Below are positions 32,373 to 42,410 of a stretch of DNA of 64,000 nt, piece by piece. The stretch is taken from the IMG/VR virus record IMGVR_UViG_3300032220_001209. One strand, 5' to 3'. The stretch is from an uncultured virus (IMG/VR IMGVR_UViG_3300032220_001209) (taxonomy: Duplodnaviria > Heunggongvirae > Uroviricota > Caudoviricetes). Made by a program: the position numbers and the translations under genes. The first letter of the stretch is position 1; every line of letters starts with the position of its first letter. Under the pieces are notes generated by a model, which did not search any database, was not told where the DNA came from, and saw only the letters and a program-made list of their open reading frames with translations.

Positions 32373-32959
32373 AAGATTACAAATGGAATGCGGTTTTTAA
32401 ACCGTTGATAGAAAAATATAAACCAAAAACATTCTGTGAAATTGGGTGTCATGAGGGATTAACATTAAAGTCTCTAACGCCACTTACAAAAGAACTTGGA
32501 TATAAAATTGATTACTTTGGTTATGATGCATTCGAGATGGCCGAAAGACCCACATTTGAATATCCAAAAAATCCTATTACAGGGGAAATGGAACACAATG
32601 GAAAAGAATCTGCATCGTACGACACTATCAAAGAACGATGCGATAAGTATGTTAAGAATGAATTATTAGAATCTTACAAATTAATCAAGGGGTGGACGCA
32701 CAATACATTACTTGGACCGCTAATATTTGATATGGTTTTTATTGATGGTGGCCACTCATATTCCACAGTGAAATGGGATTATGAACAAGTCAAAGACAGC
32801 AAAGTTATAATATTTGATGACACCTATCCGGCAAAGTTTCCAGGAGTAGCTAAATTTATAGAAGAATTGAAGTCTACATCAATCAATATAACAGAAATGA
32901 TTGAAAAAAATGATACAGGTAAAGTTATCATGCAGTGTGCGATAATTATAAATGAATAG
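32369..32959 (+). CDS. class I SAM methyltransferase (Methyltransf_24-like)
   Basis: EIGCHEG, FIDGGHSY, IFDD. Confidence 0.75.
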   Translation: MKDYKWNAVFKPLIEKYKPKTFCEIGCHEGLTLKSLTPLTKELGYKIDYFGYDAFEMAERPTFEYPKNPITGEMEHNGKESASYDTIKERCDKYVKNELLESYKLIKGWTHNTLLGPLIFDMVFIDGGHSYSTVKWDYEQVKDSKVIIFDDTYPAKFPGVAKFIEELKSTSINITEMIEKNDTGKVIMQCAIIINE

Positions 32960-32969
32960 GAAAACATAA

Positions 32970-33683
32970 ATGAGACAATTAAAAAACGGGTGGATGGTGC
33001 CAGAAGACGATCAAAAAATGTCTAGGCATTTGGAATCTGACACTAACATGCTGGAACCCAGTTATGAAGGCAAGTATCGCACACACATTTTGGAACATCT
33101 TCCCAATCGTAGAACATTTGTGGACGTGGGTGCCAACGTAGGAGTGTGGAGTCTACCGTTTGTGAAACAATTTAAAAAAGTTGTGGGCTATGAACCTTCC
33201 AAACAAAACATAGAATGTCTTAGACACAATGTGGGCGATCTCATGGAGATTAGAACCAAGGCAGTAGCTAATTTTGAAGGCACAGCTGATTTCCGTCAAG
33301 GAGGAAAAAATTGCGGAGATGGCAAATTGTCCAGACCAGGTGCAAGAACTGACTATACTGTGCCTGTGGTTAAATTGGACCACGAGAATCTTATGGATGT
33401 GGATCTAATTAAGATAGATGTGCAGGGTTGGGAATTGGAAGTGCTGCAAGGAGCAATGGATTTAATTAAACAGCAGAGACCTTGGGTGGTTTTTGAGGTC
33501 AATCAAGACATTGATGTGTGCTGCACACTGATGGAACAGGTAAAGTATGAAACCATAAGATTAAAAAGTAAAAGATTATTTTGTTGGGCACCCGTATCTG
33601 GTCATAACTCTCCACATGATCGCACCCAGTTTGGAAGACACTTAGGCCCCGGACCGTATGCTGCTAGGTTCGGAGGTAAGTAA
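32970..33683 (+). CDS. FkbM-family methyltransferase
   Basis: DVGANVG, YEP, KIDVQGWE..VL.G. Confidence 0.85.
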   Translation: MRQLKNGWMVPEDDQKMSRHLESDTNMLEPSYEGKYRTHILEHLPNRRTFVDVGANVGVWSLPFVKQFKKVVGYEPSKQNIECLRHNVGDLMEIRTKAVANFEGTADFRQGGKNCGDGKLSRPGARTDYTVPVVKLDHENLMDVDLIKIDVQGWELEVLQGAMDLIKQQRPWVVFEVNQDIDVCCTLMEQVKYETIRLKSKRLFCWAPVSGHNSPHDRTQFGRHLGPGPYAARFGGK

Positions 33684-34439
33684 TTTCCAAGCCTTTCCAG
33701 ACAACAACTCGTCTCTAGTAAATTGAGAATAAGCCAAATGATTTAGCCAAGCCTGTTTTAATTTTTGATCTGCAGGTTTAATATTTTCTATGTCTTCTAA
33801 TTGATACTTGTATAGACTTTTTGTAGCAGAATGTCCTAGAGATATTACTGGTATGTCATGCATGGCTGCTTCAACTAATGCATTTGACGCATATCCTACC
33901 ACGCAAAAAGTATCGTCTTTGATAAAATTTTTAAAATTGTTTGAAACTATTCTATCAGTTCGAGGTTCTGGACGTTTTCTTACTTTGATAGGACGGTCTG
34001 TAAAACTTTTTATTTTAAGAACTGTGTTGTTGATCCATTGATCTTCCGACCCCAAACTAAGTGTATGAGCTATTTTTCTGTCAGGGGGCACAACGACAAT
34101 TGAAGATCCTTGCTCAAAAGAATACTGATCAAGACCCAGTTGTTTCCATCTATCTGCCGGTCTGTCTATGATAGGATTAACATTTTGAAAATTATTAACG
34201 CTTAACCTAAAAATTGTTTTCTTTTTCTTGTTGCCAAAATAACCACTATCTAGATTATAAAATTTTAAACTGTGCTTTTTGCAAATTTCTAACCATTGAG
34301 GTTTAAAAAATCCTGCCCAACACATCGGTAATGTGGTATTTGCATACATTTCTTCTGGAGTGACAAATTTTCCACCGCTGCCTTGAGTAAATTCACTGAC
34401 ACCGTAATCTGTGCCCTCTACAGATATAAAATTGATCAT
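33642..34439 (-). CDS. putative glycosyltransferase (paralog 4)
   Basis: DSGYFGN, SNALVEA..IPV, WLNHLAYSQFT..E..GKAW. Confidence 0.55.
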   Translation of the reverse strand: MINFISVEGTDYGVSEFTQGSGGKFVTPEEMYANTTLPMCWAGFFKPQWLEICKKHSLKFYNLDSGYFGNKKKKTIFRLSVNNFQNVNPIIDRPADRWKQLGLDQYSFEQGSSIVVVPPDRKIAHTLSLGSEDQWINNTVLKIKSFTDRPIKVRKRPEPRTDRIVSNNFKNFIKDDTFCVVGYASNALVEAAMHDIPVISLGHSATKSLYKYQLEDIENIKPADQKLKQAWLNHLAYSQFTRDELLSGKAWKLLTSEPSSIRSGA

Positions 34440-35275
34440 TTCCAGTAAGATTCTGTTCTTTGAACTTTGAGATCTTCAGGCTTGCTGCGACCTAGTGTTT
34501 TTCTACTGCCTTTGAGATGATCAAGATAGGCTCCCCAAGCACTATTGATCAAAGGATGTCCTTCGCCTAAGGTTGCGCCAGCACGCGGTCTCAAATCATA
34601 CAGATGTGCTGACCAATCCAGCTGTCTCATCTGTGGAAATTTATTTTTGATCTGCTCAAACACATAGCTGTCATGCCATTCTTCCATGAGGAATATTCCA
34701 TTTTCGGCCTCATCATACACACGTTGGAATTCTTTCAAAAAGTTTTTGATTATATCAGATTTTAAATTCATAGCATACAGCCCACATTCTGGATACTTGC
34801 CTTTTCTTCCTAGATAGCCAAGATCCATGTTGGGTGTGATCATGGTGGCAATATTTTGCATGGAGATGGCGCTGTGACAATACATATCAGCATCCATCCA
34901 TATTAAAAAATCTGCATCGGCTTCTCTAGCACAGTCAAATATTGCATAGACTTTGTGAGCAAACCTCACAGCATGCCATTTGAATCCTTTACCAGCATCT
35001 CGTCTCTTGCTGCGCACAGGATCCTTGCTCACATCGCCGTTGGCTTTGGGCACATCTTTCCATGTGTGTTTAAATTTTACCAAAGCTGGAGAACTTTGAT
35101 GCAGATCCTTCACAATTATGTTTGGTGCTGATTCTTTCACCACACAATCTTCTGTGTACACATGCAGTTGCACTTCCACGGGCCAATTCTTAATGAATGA
35201 TTGAATCATTTTGTGACCGTATGTGTCATACCCTGATTGATTGAATGTGGTCACTGCAGAATATTTTTGAGACAT
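34436..35275 (-). CDS. GT-A fold glycosyltransferase
   Basis: RFAHKV, WMDAD (DxD), ECG, WHDS. Confidence 0.7.
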   Translation of the reverse strand: MSQKYSAVTTFNQSGYDTYGHKMIQSFIKNWPVEVQLHVYTEDCVVKESAPNIIVKDLHQSSPALVKFKHTWKDVPKANGDVSKDPVRSKRRDAGKGFKWHAVRFAHKVYAIFDCAREADADFLIWMDADMYCHSAISMQNIATMITPNMDLGYLGRKGKYPECGLYAMNLKSDIIKNFLKEFQRVYDEAENGIFLMEEWHDSYVFEQIKNKFPQMRQLDWSAHLYDLRPRAGATLGEGHPLINSAWGAYLDHLKGSRKTLGRSKPEDLKVQRTESYWK

Positions 35276-35285
35276 GATTTAAATT

Positions 35286-35963
35286 TTAATTTATTTTAAG
35301 CATGTTGGCTAGATATTTTTTCCAAACACCGTTGTATTCGCAATCTCGGTATTCTTTGAACCAAGGACCACCTTCTGTGTAATGCAACACTTTGGGCTCA
35401 CCGTCTTTGGGTTCTTTGTACCAACCCACTAACCAATTCCAACTGTGATCCACACTGCCAATCTCCTCATCTTTTAACCAACTGAATCTGTGTAGATACT
35501 GTCCTGTTTCTTTGTTGACCATTTCAGGAGTGACTGCTCTGTTGGCAGGATGAGCACAATTCCACAGTATCATGGAACTCCAATTCTTTCTAGGATAGGG
35601 CATCTGTTTTTGATTGTCCATCTTGACTCCTGGTGGTGGTGTGTAATCATGTTTGACCACCATCACTGCATAACGTTCATCTGCTTGAGCAAACAATTCA
35701 GCCACATCCGCAGTCCACACAAAGTCACAGTCACAGAACACTGCCCACCCTTTGTAGTTGGTCATGTAGGGAATGAGAAATCTACTAAAAGTAAATTCAG
35801 TAGTGCTGAGTGGATCGATGGGGCGTGTGTACAGTCCTGCCTCACGCAACTCTTTCATTTTGAGTGGTAGAACTTCGGCGTTGGGTTGGTGCTGTTTGAT
35901 TGAATGCTCACACACTTGATATGTGATGTCTTCTCTAGTATCATAACCCACAAATATCTTCAT
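35286..35963 (-). CDS. GT8-like glycosyltransferase (CDI-like)
   Basis: IFVGYD.RE, STTEFTFSRF, DCD, YPRKNWSS, HYTEGGPWF. Confidence 0.8.
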   Translation of the reverse strand: MKIFVGYDTREDITYQVCEHSIKQHQPNAEVLPLKMKELREAGLYTRPIDPLSTTEFTFSRFLIPYMTNYKGWAVFCDCDFVWTADVAELFAQADERYAVMVVKHDYTPPPGVKMDNQKQMPYPRKNWSSMILWNCAHPANRAVTPEMVNKETGQYLHRFSWLKDEEIGSVDHSWNWLVGWYKEPKDGEPKVLHYTEGGPWFKEYRDCEYNGVWKKYLANMLKIN

Positions 35964-36017
35964 ATGTGTACTTATTGCAATATCTTTTAAGACATTGATA
36001 TTATGATGTGTAAATTT

Positions 36018-36551
36018 TTATTTTTCCAATACTAAAAAACCACAGTCATCATTGTCATGGTATTTTATACGCCACTGAGGATTGTTAGCCCACCATTTTC
36101 TTACACCTGCATAAGTTCCAAATCTAGGCTCTGCCACATCATGAAATACCAAATATTTTGAAACTTTATCTGCGTGTAATCTCAATTCATTATAGGTGTG
36201 TTCTTCGGTGTGCATAGTGTCTATGAATAATAATTCACAAGGTTCTATTTCTATTTCTAAATCATTACCTAACACAAATTGAAATTCGACGCCAGCTTCT
36301 TCTGCTGCTCTTTGAAATAGCTCTTTGTCTAATGTTGTACCTTGATCAACTGTGACGAATTTTTTTGGTTTTAACATTAACCAGGCAGATGTTGAGCATC
36401 CTTGGAATGGTCCAAATTCTGTAATAGTCTGTACGCCCTGAAATGTCTGTTGTATGTAATCCATTCTACGATGCATATCGCCTACCATTTTCCAGCGAAC
36501 ACCCTCTCTGGTTTTGTTTTTAAAACTGTTAAAAATTTCTTCAATTATCAT
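36018..36551 (-). CDS. class I SAM methyltransferase
   Basis: EFG..G.ST, LFIDTMH, FHD. Confidence 0.7.
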   Translation of the reverse strand: MIIEEIFNSFKNKTREGVRWKMVGDMHRRMDYIQQTFQGVQTITEFGPFQGCSTSAWLMLKPKKFVTVDQGTTLDKELFQRAAEEAGVEFQFVLGNDLEIEIEPCELLFIDTMHTEEHTYNELRLHADKVSKYLVFHDVAEPRFGTYAGVRKWWANNPQWRIKYHDNDDCGFLVLEK

Positions 36552-37195
36552 AAATTTGCCTGTGATTTAGCTTTGAGTATACATTCCATATTTGGTTTTT
36601 TTCCTTTGCCTAATCCCCAAGTATGACTGAAATAACAATCAGTGGCATTTTTTGCATTAAATCTTGCATCCATAACTGTGACATCTACTCCTGAGTTGTT
36701 GACACAATTAACTAGTGCTTCGTTATCGTGTGAACGGAATGGCGGAGAAACTCTGTAGATTAGATGGGGTAGCATTATGTCTCTTGAAATTTTATTTAAC
36801 ATAAAGACTCCTGCATTAAACCCCTGTGGTGGCCCACCCCGTAAAAATTCTTGATAGTGTCGACACACTTTAAATGTTGTAGTATCTGGATAGCACTCAA
36901 ATATATTTGGAGCATCGTTGAATATAAACACATCAGAATCAATATATAAAACATTGTCATAGTTGTCGGTCCAATACGGATCTTCAAACAATCTAAATCG
37001 TTCATAGGTAGGATGGATGAAATTAATAAGCGGTTCAGTTATCAACACATGCTCTGCTCCTATCTTGTTGCAATATTTTTTTGCAAGACTAATTGATATT
37101 TTGCTTAGTTCATCAAAGGCTGGAAGAATAGGAGCAGTATTTGAAGATTTATCTAAACTGATATAAATCTGTACTATTATTTTTCTTTCGCTCAT
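36548..37195 (-). CDS. GT-A glycosyltransferase
   Basis: YIDSD, FNAGVF, DNEAL. Confidence 0.7.
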   Translation of the reverse strand: MSERKIIVQIYISLDKSSNTAPILPAFDELSKISISLAKKYCNKIGAEHVLITEPLINFIHPTYERFRLFEDPYWTDNYDNVLYIDSDVFIFNDAPNIFECYPDTTTFKVCRHYQEFLRGGPPQGFNAGVFMLNKISRDIMLPHLIYRVSPPFRSHDNEALVNCVNNSGVDVTVMDARFNAKNATDCYFSHTWGLGKGKKPNMECILKAKSQANL

Positions 37196-37198
37196 ATA

Positions 37199-37933
37199 CT
37201 ACCTCTTCAATATTTCTTGAGCAATATCTGTGAACCAACGTTTTCTGCTGTTGCCTTTGAAATCTAAAAATATTGCAGTTTTGCTATATCCTGCCGAACT
37301 TTTTTTCACACCAAAAACAAATTCTTCTGAATAGTTAAAAAATTTAAATTTTAATCCGCAGGATTCGTGTAAACGTGATTCTCCAGGAGCTAATCTTGGT
37401 ATTTGATAATTCTTTTCTAAAACTGATTGAAGACTTGTTTGATCCCCTAACCAAGATTTTTCTAAGAGGGTCAGATCATAAAATGCATCGGTTCTTTCTT
37501 GAAAGAAAGATACAATCTTTTCTTTCTTCCCTAATTCTGTATTGACCAACACCACGGTATTGTTCACCTTTCCACCACTCCATAGTATACCAACATCAAA
37601 ATCTTCTTTAAAGAAATTATCAAGATTACCGGTTACTAAATGGTCAGCGCCGCAGAGAATTATTTTTCCTTCCAGTTGTTTGATAAGATCTAAATTAGAC
37701 AATACCAGCGATTCCATGAGGTCGCAAGAATCTAAATCAGTTCTAAAAATCTTACCAAATTCTAATTTTATATTTGTAACCGTATCAGTGGCAAGAATAA
37801 ATTTCCCTTTTGGATTATATTTTTTAAATGTTTTTTCTAGAGAAGAGAGTGCGCTCTCATAGTTAAACTCTTGCGTTAGATTAGGATTCGCAGATTCTAA
37901 AATATTTTTATAAAAGGCAGCTAGAATTGTCAT
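37199..37933 (-). CDS. nucleotide-diphospho-sugar transferase-like protein
   Basis: GAD, VNN, WLGDQ, FKG..K motifs. Confidence 0.55.
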   Translation of the reverse strand: MTILAAFYKNILESANPNLTQEFNYESALSSLEKTFKKYNPKGKFILATDTVTNIKLEFGKIFRTDLDSCDLMESLVLSNLDLIKQLEGKIILCGADHLVTGNLDNFFKEDFDVGILWSGGKVNNTVVLVNTELGKKEKIVSFFQERTDAFYDLTLLEKSWLGDQTSLQSVLEKNYQIPRLAPGESRLHESCGLKFKFFNYSEEFVFGVKKSSAGYSKTAIFLDFKGNSRKRWFTDIAQEILKR

Positions 37934-38948
37934 AAATTATCTCTATAACGGATTTATAATCTACGCCTGGATAGATGGGCAGACTTACTTGTCTGCTAGA
38001 CACCCAGTCGGTTACTGGTAAAGAATAAGGTGCTCGATATGCTGTTAGCTTATGTACTGGAACCGGATAATGCATTTTTAGATCAAGTTTAGATTTAACA
38101 TCTGCAATTAATTTTTCTCTATCATTAACTAAGATAGGATAGATATGATAGCTATGGTTTGAATTCTTAGTTTTTACATATGAAAAATGTTTGTTGTATT
38201 CGTTGGCAATTTTTCTTTTTTCTTCTAAAACAGAATTAAAATTCTTTAATTTTATTCTTAAAAATTCAGCTTGTATATTGGCCATTCTATAATTATAACC
38301 AACGTCGTTATCGTCCCATTGTCTTACCTTACACATGAATTTGTATAAATTTTTATCGTCTGTAACTACACACCCGGCATCACCTAGTGCTCCAAGTCCT
38401 TTGCCTGGGTAGAAACTAAAAGTTCCTAGATTGCCAAATGTTCCAACATGTTTATTGTTTAATGTGGTGCCGTGTGCTTGGCTGCAATCTTCAATGACTG
38501 GAATATTCTTTTCAGCAGCAATATCATTTATTAAATCCATCGGAGCAGCATTGCCGTAGATATGCACTGGCAATATACATTTTGTTTTTGATGTAATGGC
38601 TTTACGCAGACTATAGGGATCCATGGTAAATGTTTCTCGATCAATGTCAACATACACAGGAATCGCTCCACAATATTTGATTGCTGCTGCAGTAGCTCTA
38701 AAAGTATGCGACACAGTGATGACTTCGTCTCCTGGTCCTACTCCCAACGATAACAGTGCTAGATGTATTGCAGATGTTCCGTTCGACACTGCCACACAAT
38801 ACTTTGCACCAACATAATTGGCAAATTCTTCTTCAAATTTTTCAGTACCAAACACGTAGTTACCACTCCTGATAACAGATTCTGATTTTTGAATTAACTC
38901 ATCTAATACACTCTTGTGTATTTCTTCAAAACTGTAAAAAGGAATCAT
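37908..38948 (-). CDS. DegT/DnrJ/EryC1/StrS sugar aminotransferase
   Basis: SNGTSA, PVHIYG, EDCSQAHG, SFYPGKGLG..GDAG. Confidence 0.92.
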   Translation of the reverse strand: MIPFYSFEEIHKSVLDELIQKSESVIRSGNYVFGTEKFEEEFANYVGAKYCVAVSNGTSAIHLALLSLGVGPGDEVITVSHTFRATAAAIKYCGAIPVYVDIDRETFTMDPYSLRKAITSKTKCILPVHIYGNAAPMDLINDIAAEKNIPVIEDCSQAHGTTLNNKHVGTFGNLGTFSFYPGKGLGALGDAGCVVTDDKNLYKFMCKVRQWDDNDVGYNYRMANIQAEFLRIKLKNFNSVLEEKRKIANEYNKHFSYVKTKNSNHSYHIYPILVNDREKLIADVKSKLDLKMHYPVPVHKLTAYRAPYSLPVTDWVSSRQVSLPIYPGVDYKSVIEIIYDNSSCLL

Positions 38949-39850
38949 AATACCCACTCCATAATTTTTTTGGCTGTATAAATGCTAGTTAACGGTTGTG
39001 ATCTAGATTCTATGCATTTTAGAAAATGTGTTCTTCCGGTATACAATGCTTCTGCGGTTCCAACTTTTGGAGCCAACATATCACCTAGTTGATTAGTATT
39101 AAAATCCGAATTTATTTCTCCTGTAGAATAAATTTTAATTTTGTCAAGATCAATATCATCGTAGACAACACTGTTCTTGTCGCCAGTTAAAATAATTTGT
39201 CTCTTTTTTACTGGACTGACCCAATTACAATTTATTGTAGTGGTAAATCCGTTGGTAAACTTTAGATTAACGATCACTTGATTTGCTTTATCATTAATGT
39301 GATTGTTTTTAATAATTGTTCTATCTTTCAATTCTAGATCAGGATAAAGATAATTCACAATACTTAAATCATGTATTGCAAGATCCAGCAGAGCATCAAC
39401 ATCACTTTGAAATAATCCTAGACTAATTCTGGTGCTATCGTAATATATTGGTTTGCCAATATCAATGCTTTTTAATTGTTCTACCGCAGGATTATAGCAA
39501 AATGTATGATCAACAAAAATAATATTTTTTGTTTTTTCAGAGTCTTTAATAAGATTGTTGATTTGATCCAACGTTTCGCAAGCTGGTTTTTCAATCCAAA
39601 GATCTTTTCCTTTTGCTAGAGTCTGTAAAGCAATATCGTAATGTGTGTTGGCTTTGGTTGCAATCACAACTGCCTTAATTTTTGGGTTTTCCAACGCAGC
39701 TTCTAAAGAAGTGTATGTTGTAATTGCAGGATATAAAGATTTTGCAATTTCCAATTTTTTAACATCCGAATCACACACTGCTGTTAATTCTTTGTTAAAG
39801 TTCCTAGCTAAATTTTTACCCCAGTAGCCGTAGCCAACTAATAATATCAT
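38945..39850 (-). CDS. Gfo/Idh/MocA oxidoreductase (sugar 3-dehydrogenase-like)
   Basis: GYGYWG, EKP, DLAIHD. Confidence 0.88.
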   Translation of the reverse strand: MILLVGYGYWGKNLARNFNKELTAVCDSDVKKLEIAKSLYPAITTYTSLEAALENPKIKAVVIATKANTHYDIALQTLAKGKDLWIEKPACETLDQINNLIKDSEKTKNIIFVDHTFCYNPAVEQLKSIDIGKPIYYDSTRISLGLFQSDVDALLDLAIHDLSIVNYLYPDLELKDRTIIKNNHINDKANQVIVNLKFTNGFTTTINCNWVSPVKKRQIILTGDKNSVVYDDIDLDKIKIYSTGEINSDFNTNQLGDMLAPKVGTAEALYTGRTHFLKCIESRSQPLTSIYTAKKIMEWVL

Positions 39851-40542
39851 AGGTATTTTCCTTGAGTTGGCCATACCCAGTCTTTTATTGTGGTGCGTTT
39901 TGCAATTGTTGTTACCGCTGTTCTTATTGGTAGGTTTTTCCAGTTAATTTTTTCAGGTGCCACAATGTCATTTTTACATGAATAGGTGGTTTTTAAAATT
40001 TCAAATCCATTTTGTTCGAATCCGTCCTTATGCACAATGGTTCCAAAATTCCAGTATCCATGATTCAACTTGCTTACTGGCGCAGCAGTCATAAACACTC
40101 CGTCTTTTTTAACAGTCGAACAAATATTTTTAAATGCTTGTCCCACATTAAAACAATGCTCTAATGTGCCTGTATCTATGATCAAATCAAATTGTTCAAC
40201 ATGCACATCCGATATTGGTTCATTTAAATCTATTAATGTTTCAACACCCCTGTGTGAGATAAGATCAAAAATTACAACATCAAAATTAAAATATTTGAGT
40301 ATCCATACTGGATCATACACTTTTGGCAAAGTTGATTTATGCCAGGCTCGAACTGCATCTGACATGGGCTCTTCTGGAATATTATTCACAAACTCTTGAC
40401 CAAATATTGAGATCAGATGTTGTTCGTCAACTAGAAGATCAGGATACCCTAAGCACAAAACTTTTCGATCTTCTCCAGTAGAGGGTAAATGATCTTTTAT
40501 GACCTCTATCATATCACTGAAATAACGTTTGTCTATCCCCAT
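39847..40542 (-). CDS. class I SAM methyltransferase
   Basis: DLN, FDLIIDTGTLEHCFN. Confidence 0.7.
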   Translation of the reverse strand: MGIDKRYFSDMIEVIKDHLPSTGEDRKVLCLGYPDLLVDEQHLISIFGQEFVNNIPEEPMSDAVRAWHKSTLPKVYDPVWILKYFNFDVVIFDLISHRGVETLIDLNEPISDVHVEQFDLIIDTGTLEHCFNVGQAFKNICSTVKKDGVFMTAAPVSKLNHGYWNFGTIVHKDGFEQNGFEILKTTYSCKNDIVAPEKINWKNLPIRTAVTTIAKRTTIKDWVWPTQGKYL

Positions 40543-40543
40543 T

Positions 40544-40963
40544 TTATTTTAACCTCGCGGCAGGATTACCTGCATAAGTGCCGGATTCTGTAATATTTTT
40601 AGTAACAACAGAACCTGCTCCAATAACAACATCATCACAAATAGATATAGGTAGTATGGTTGAATTAGATCCAACATACACTTTATTACCTAACTTTGTT
40701 GGTGAAAAATCTTTAGATAGTTCTCTATCAACAAACTTATCATTAATAAACATAACACCGTGGCCAATAAAACAATCAGATCCTATTTTAGTATTTGAAC
40801 ATATAAAACTATGACTTTGAATCCTAGTTCGTTCCCCAATTGTTACATTGTTTTGTATTTCGACAAATGGACCCACAAACGCATTGTCTTGCAACGTGCA
40901 TCCATATAAATTTACAGGTTCAATAATCTTAACACCTGCCCCTTTAATAATATTATTTTCCAT
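40544..40963 (-). CDS. hexapeptide-repeat sugar N-acetyltransferase
   Basis: Left-handed beta-helix repeats; GHGVMFIND, GAGSVVTK, GNPAA. Confidence 0.88.
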   Translation of the reverse strand: MENNIIKGAGVKIIEPVNLYGCTLQDNAFVGPFVEIQNNVTIGERTRIQSHSFICSNTKIGSDCFIGHGVMFINDKFVDRELSKDFSPTKLGNKVYVGSNSTILPISICDDVVIGAGSVVTKNITESGTYAGNPAARLK

Positions 40964-40964
40964 C

Positions 40965-41615
40965 TTATACCTTTCTTAGTGATACATATGTTTCAGGATC
41001 GTGTCCTTGAAATTTTTTTAATTTAGCATTATCAAATTTAAAATTGTCCATATCGTTAATAATAACTGCTTGTCTATGATAGGCCATTTTGGGCGATCTA
41101 TCAGTTTCATAGAGACTGTAGATATTATATTGATCCTTTATTTCCCAAAGGTATCTATTCACCCCGGGTAAGTCCGAATCATCAAACACAATAACTCTAG
41201 AATTTTTTAATTGCTCATGATCCCATTTGACTGTTTCATAGCTGTGTCCTCCATCTATGTAAGCCCAATCTACTTTTGTTGGTTGTAAAGTGTCTTTGGT
41301 ATAACCTTTCACTAGATCAAAACTAATATTTGGATTTGAAGTTGACAGTTGAGTTAAATTATTAAAACATTCGTTAAAATTTCCACCGAGCATACCATTA
41401 TCCTCTTGAAGATGGAAATTGTCAGTTTCTAAATCGAAAACATCATAGCCTATCAAATGTAGTTTTTTTACCTTGGTTATTAAGTTGTCTGCAAAAAAGA
41501 TCATACTTCTTCCTTTGTGGACACCAGTTTCTAGGTATGTGCCGGTATCAGATTTTATATCTAAAGCTAGGCAGGCTGATGTTGCAGCACCTAGATAAGC
41601 GAACATTTTTCCCAT
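40965..41615 (-). CDS. class I SAM methyltransferase
   Basis: ETGVHKG, YIDGGHSYETV, FDD; paralog of the 32369 ORF. Confidence 0.75.
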   Translation of the reverse strand: MGKMFAYLGAATSACLALDIKSDTGTYLETGVHKGRSMIFFADNLITKVKKLHLIGYDVFDLETDNFHLQEDNGMLGGNFNECFNNLTQLSTSNPNISFDLVKGYTKDTLQPTKVDWAYIDGGHSYETVKWDHEQLKNSRVIVFDDSDLPGVNRYLWEIKDQYNIYSLYETDRSPKMAYHRQAVIINDMDNFKFDNAKLKKFQGHDPETYVSLRKV

Positions 41616-42410
41616 TTATTCTCTCATTCCATTGAACACTGTTTTTTTAAATTTAGAATTATCCTGATCAATTGACGATATTAAATTTAGATTTAAATCT
41701 AATTTTTCCATTAACCTTGCTAAAGCTCTAGTGTCTTTAGGTAAACACATTCCACCATATCCTCGTAGACCATCAGACACATCCAAGTACATGTCTACAG
41801 CTTTACCAGTTTTAATATATGAATTCTTTATAGTTGTATAATCACAATTTAATTTTTCGCATATTTCGTACATGATATTTGCAAAAGTTACTCTAAGACT
41901 AGCATAAACATTATTGTAGTATTTTAGTACCTCTGCTTCTGTTGGTGTTAAGTGTTCAGTATTCTCTGGAAGATTGCCATGTGCTTTAACTACTTTTCTA
42001 AAAACCCAAATATCAAAAGTTCCCACGGCTAATAATTTATGATTGTTTATAAAGTCGTCGGCTGCACATCGTTCTCTTAAAAATTCAGGAACAAAACAAA
42101 TTGCTAGATTTTTATGTTTCTCTATCATGCTTTGTGTGAAGCCGGGCACAGCCGTACTTCTTATAGCAATGATTCCTTTGTAACTATTATCATCCAATTC
42201 TTGTATAACTGATTCTAAAATATTAGTATCGCACTGTCCGTCAGCTGCACTGGGCGTTGGCACACATAGAAAATTAATTTCTGTTGATAACACGTCTCGT
42301 ATTGTCGTATCGAGTTTTATGTCATGCACTAGTACTTCATGACCTAGATGTTCGAATCCCTGTTTGTTTGCAGAACCAACTGCTCCTACTCCTATAATTC
42401 CAATTTTCAT
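41616..42410 (-). CDS. UDP-glucose/GDP-mannose dehydrogenase family protein (lacks the C-terminal domain)
   Basis: GVGAVG, CVPTP, RST..PG, PEFLRE, GYGGMCLPKD. Confidence 0.88.
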   Translation of the reverse strand: MKIGIIGVGAVGSANKQGFEHLGHEVLVHDIKLDTTIRDVLSTEINFLCVPTPSAADGQCDTNILESVIQELDDNSYKGIIAIRSTAVPGFTQSMIEKHKNLAICFVPEFLRERCAADDFINNHKLLAVGTFDIWVFRKVVKAHGNLPENTEHLTPTEAEVLKYYNNVYASLRVTFANIMYEICEKLNCDYTTIKNSYIKTGKAVDMYLDVSDGLRGYGGMCLPKDTRALARLMEKLDLNLNLISSIDQDNSKFKKTVFNGMRE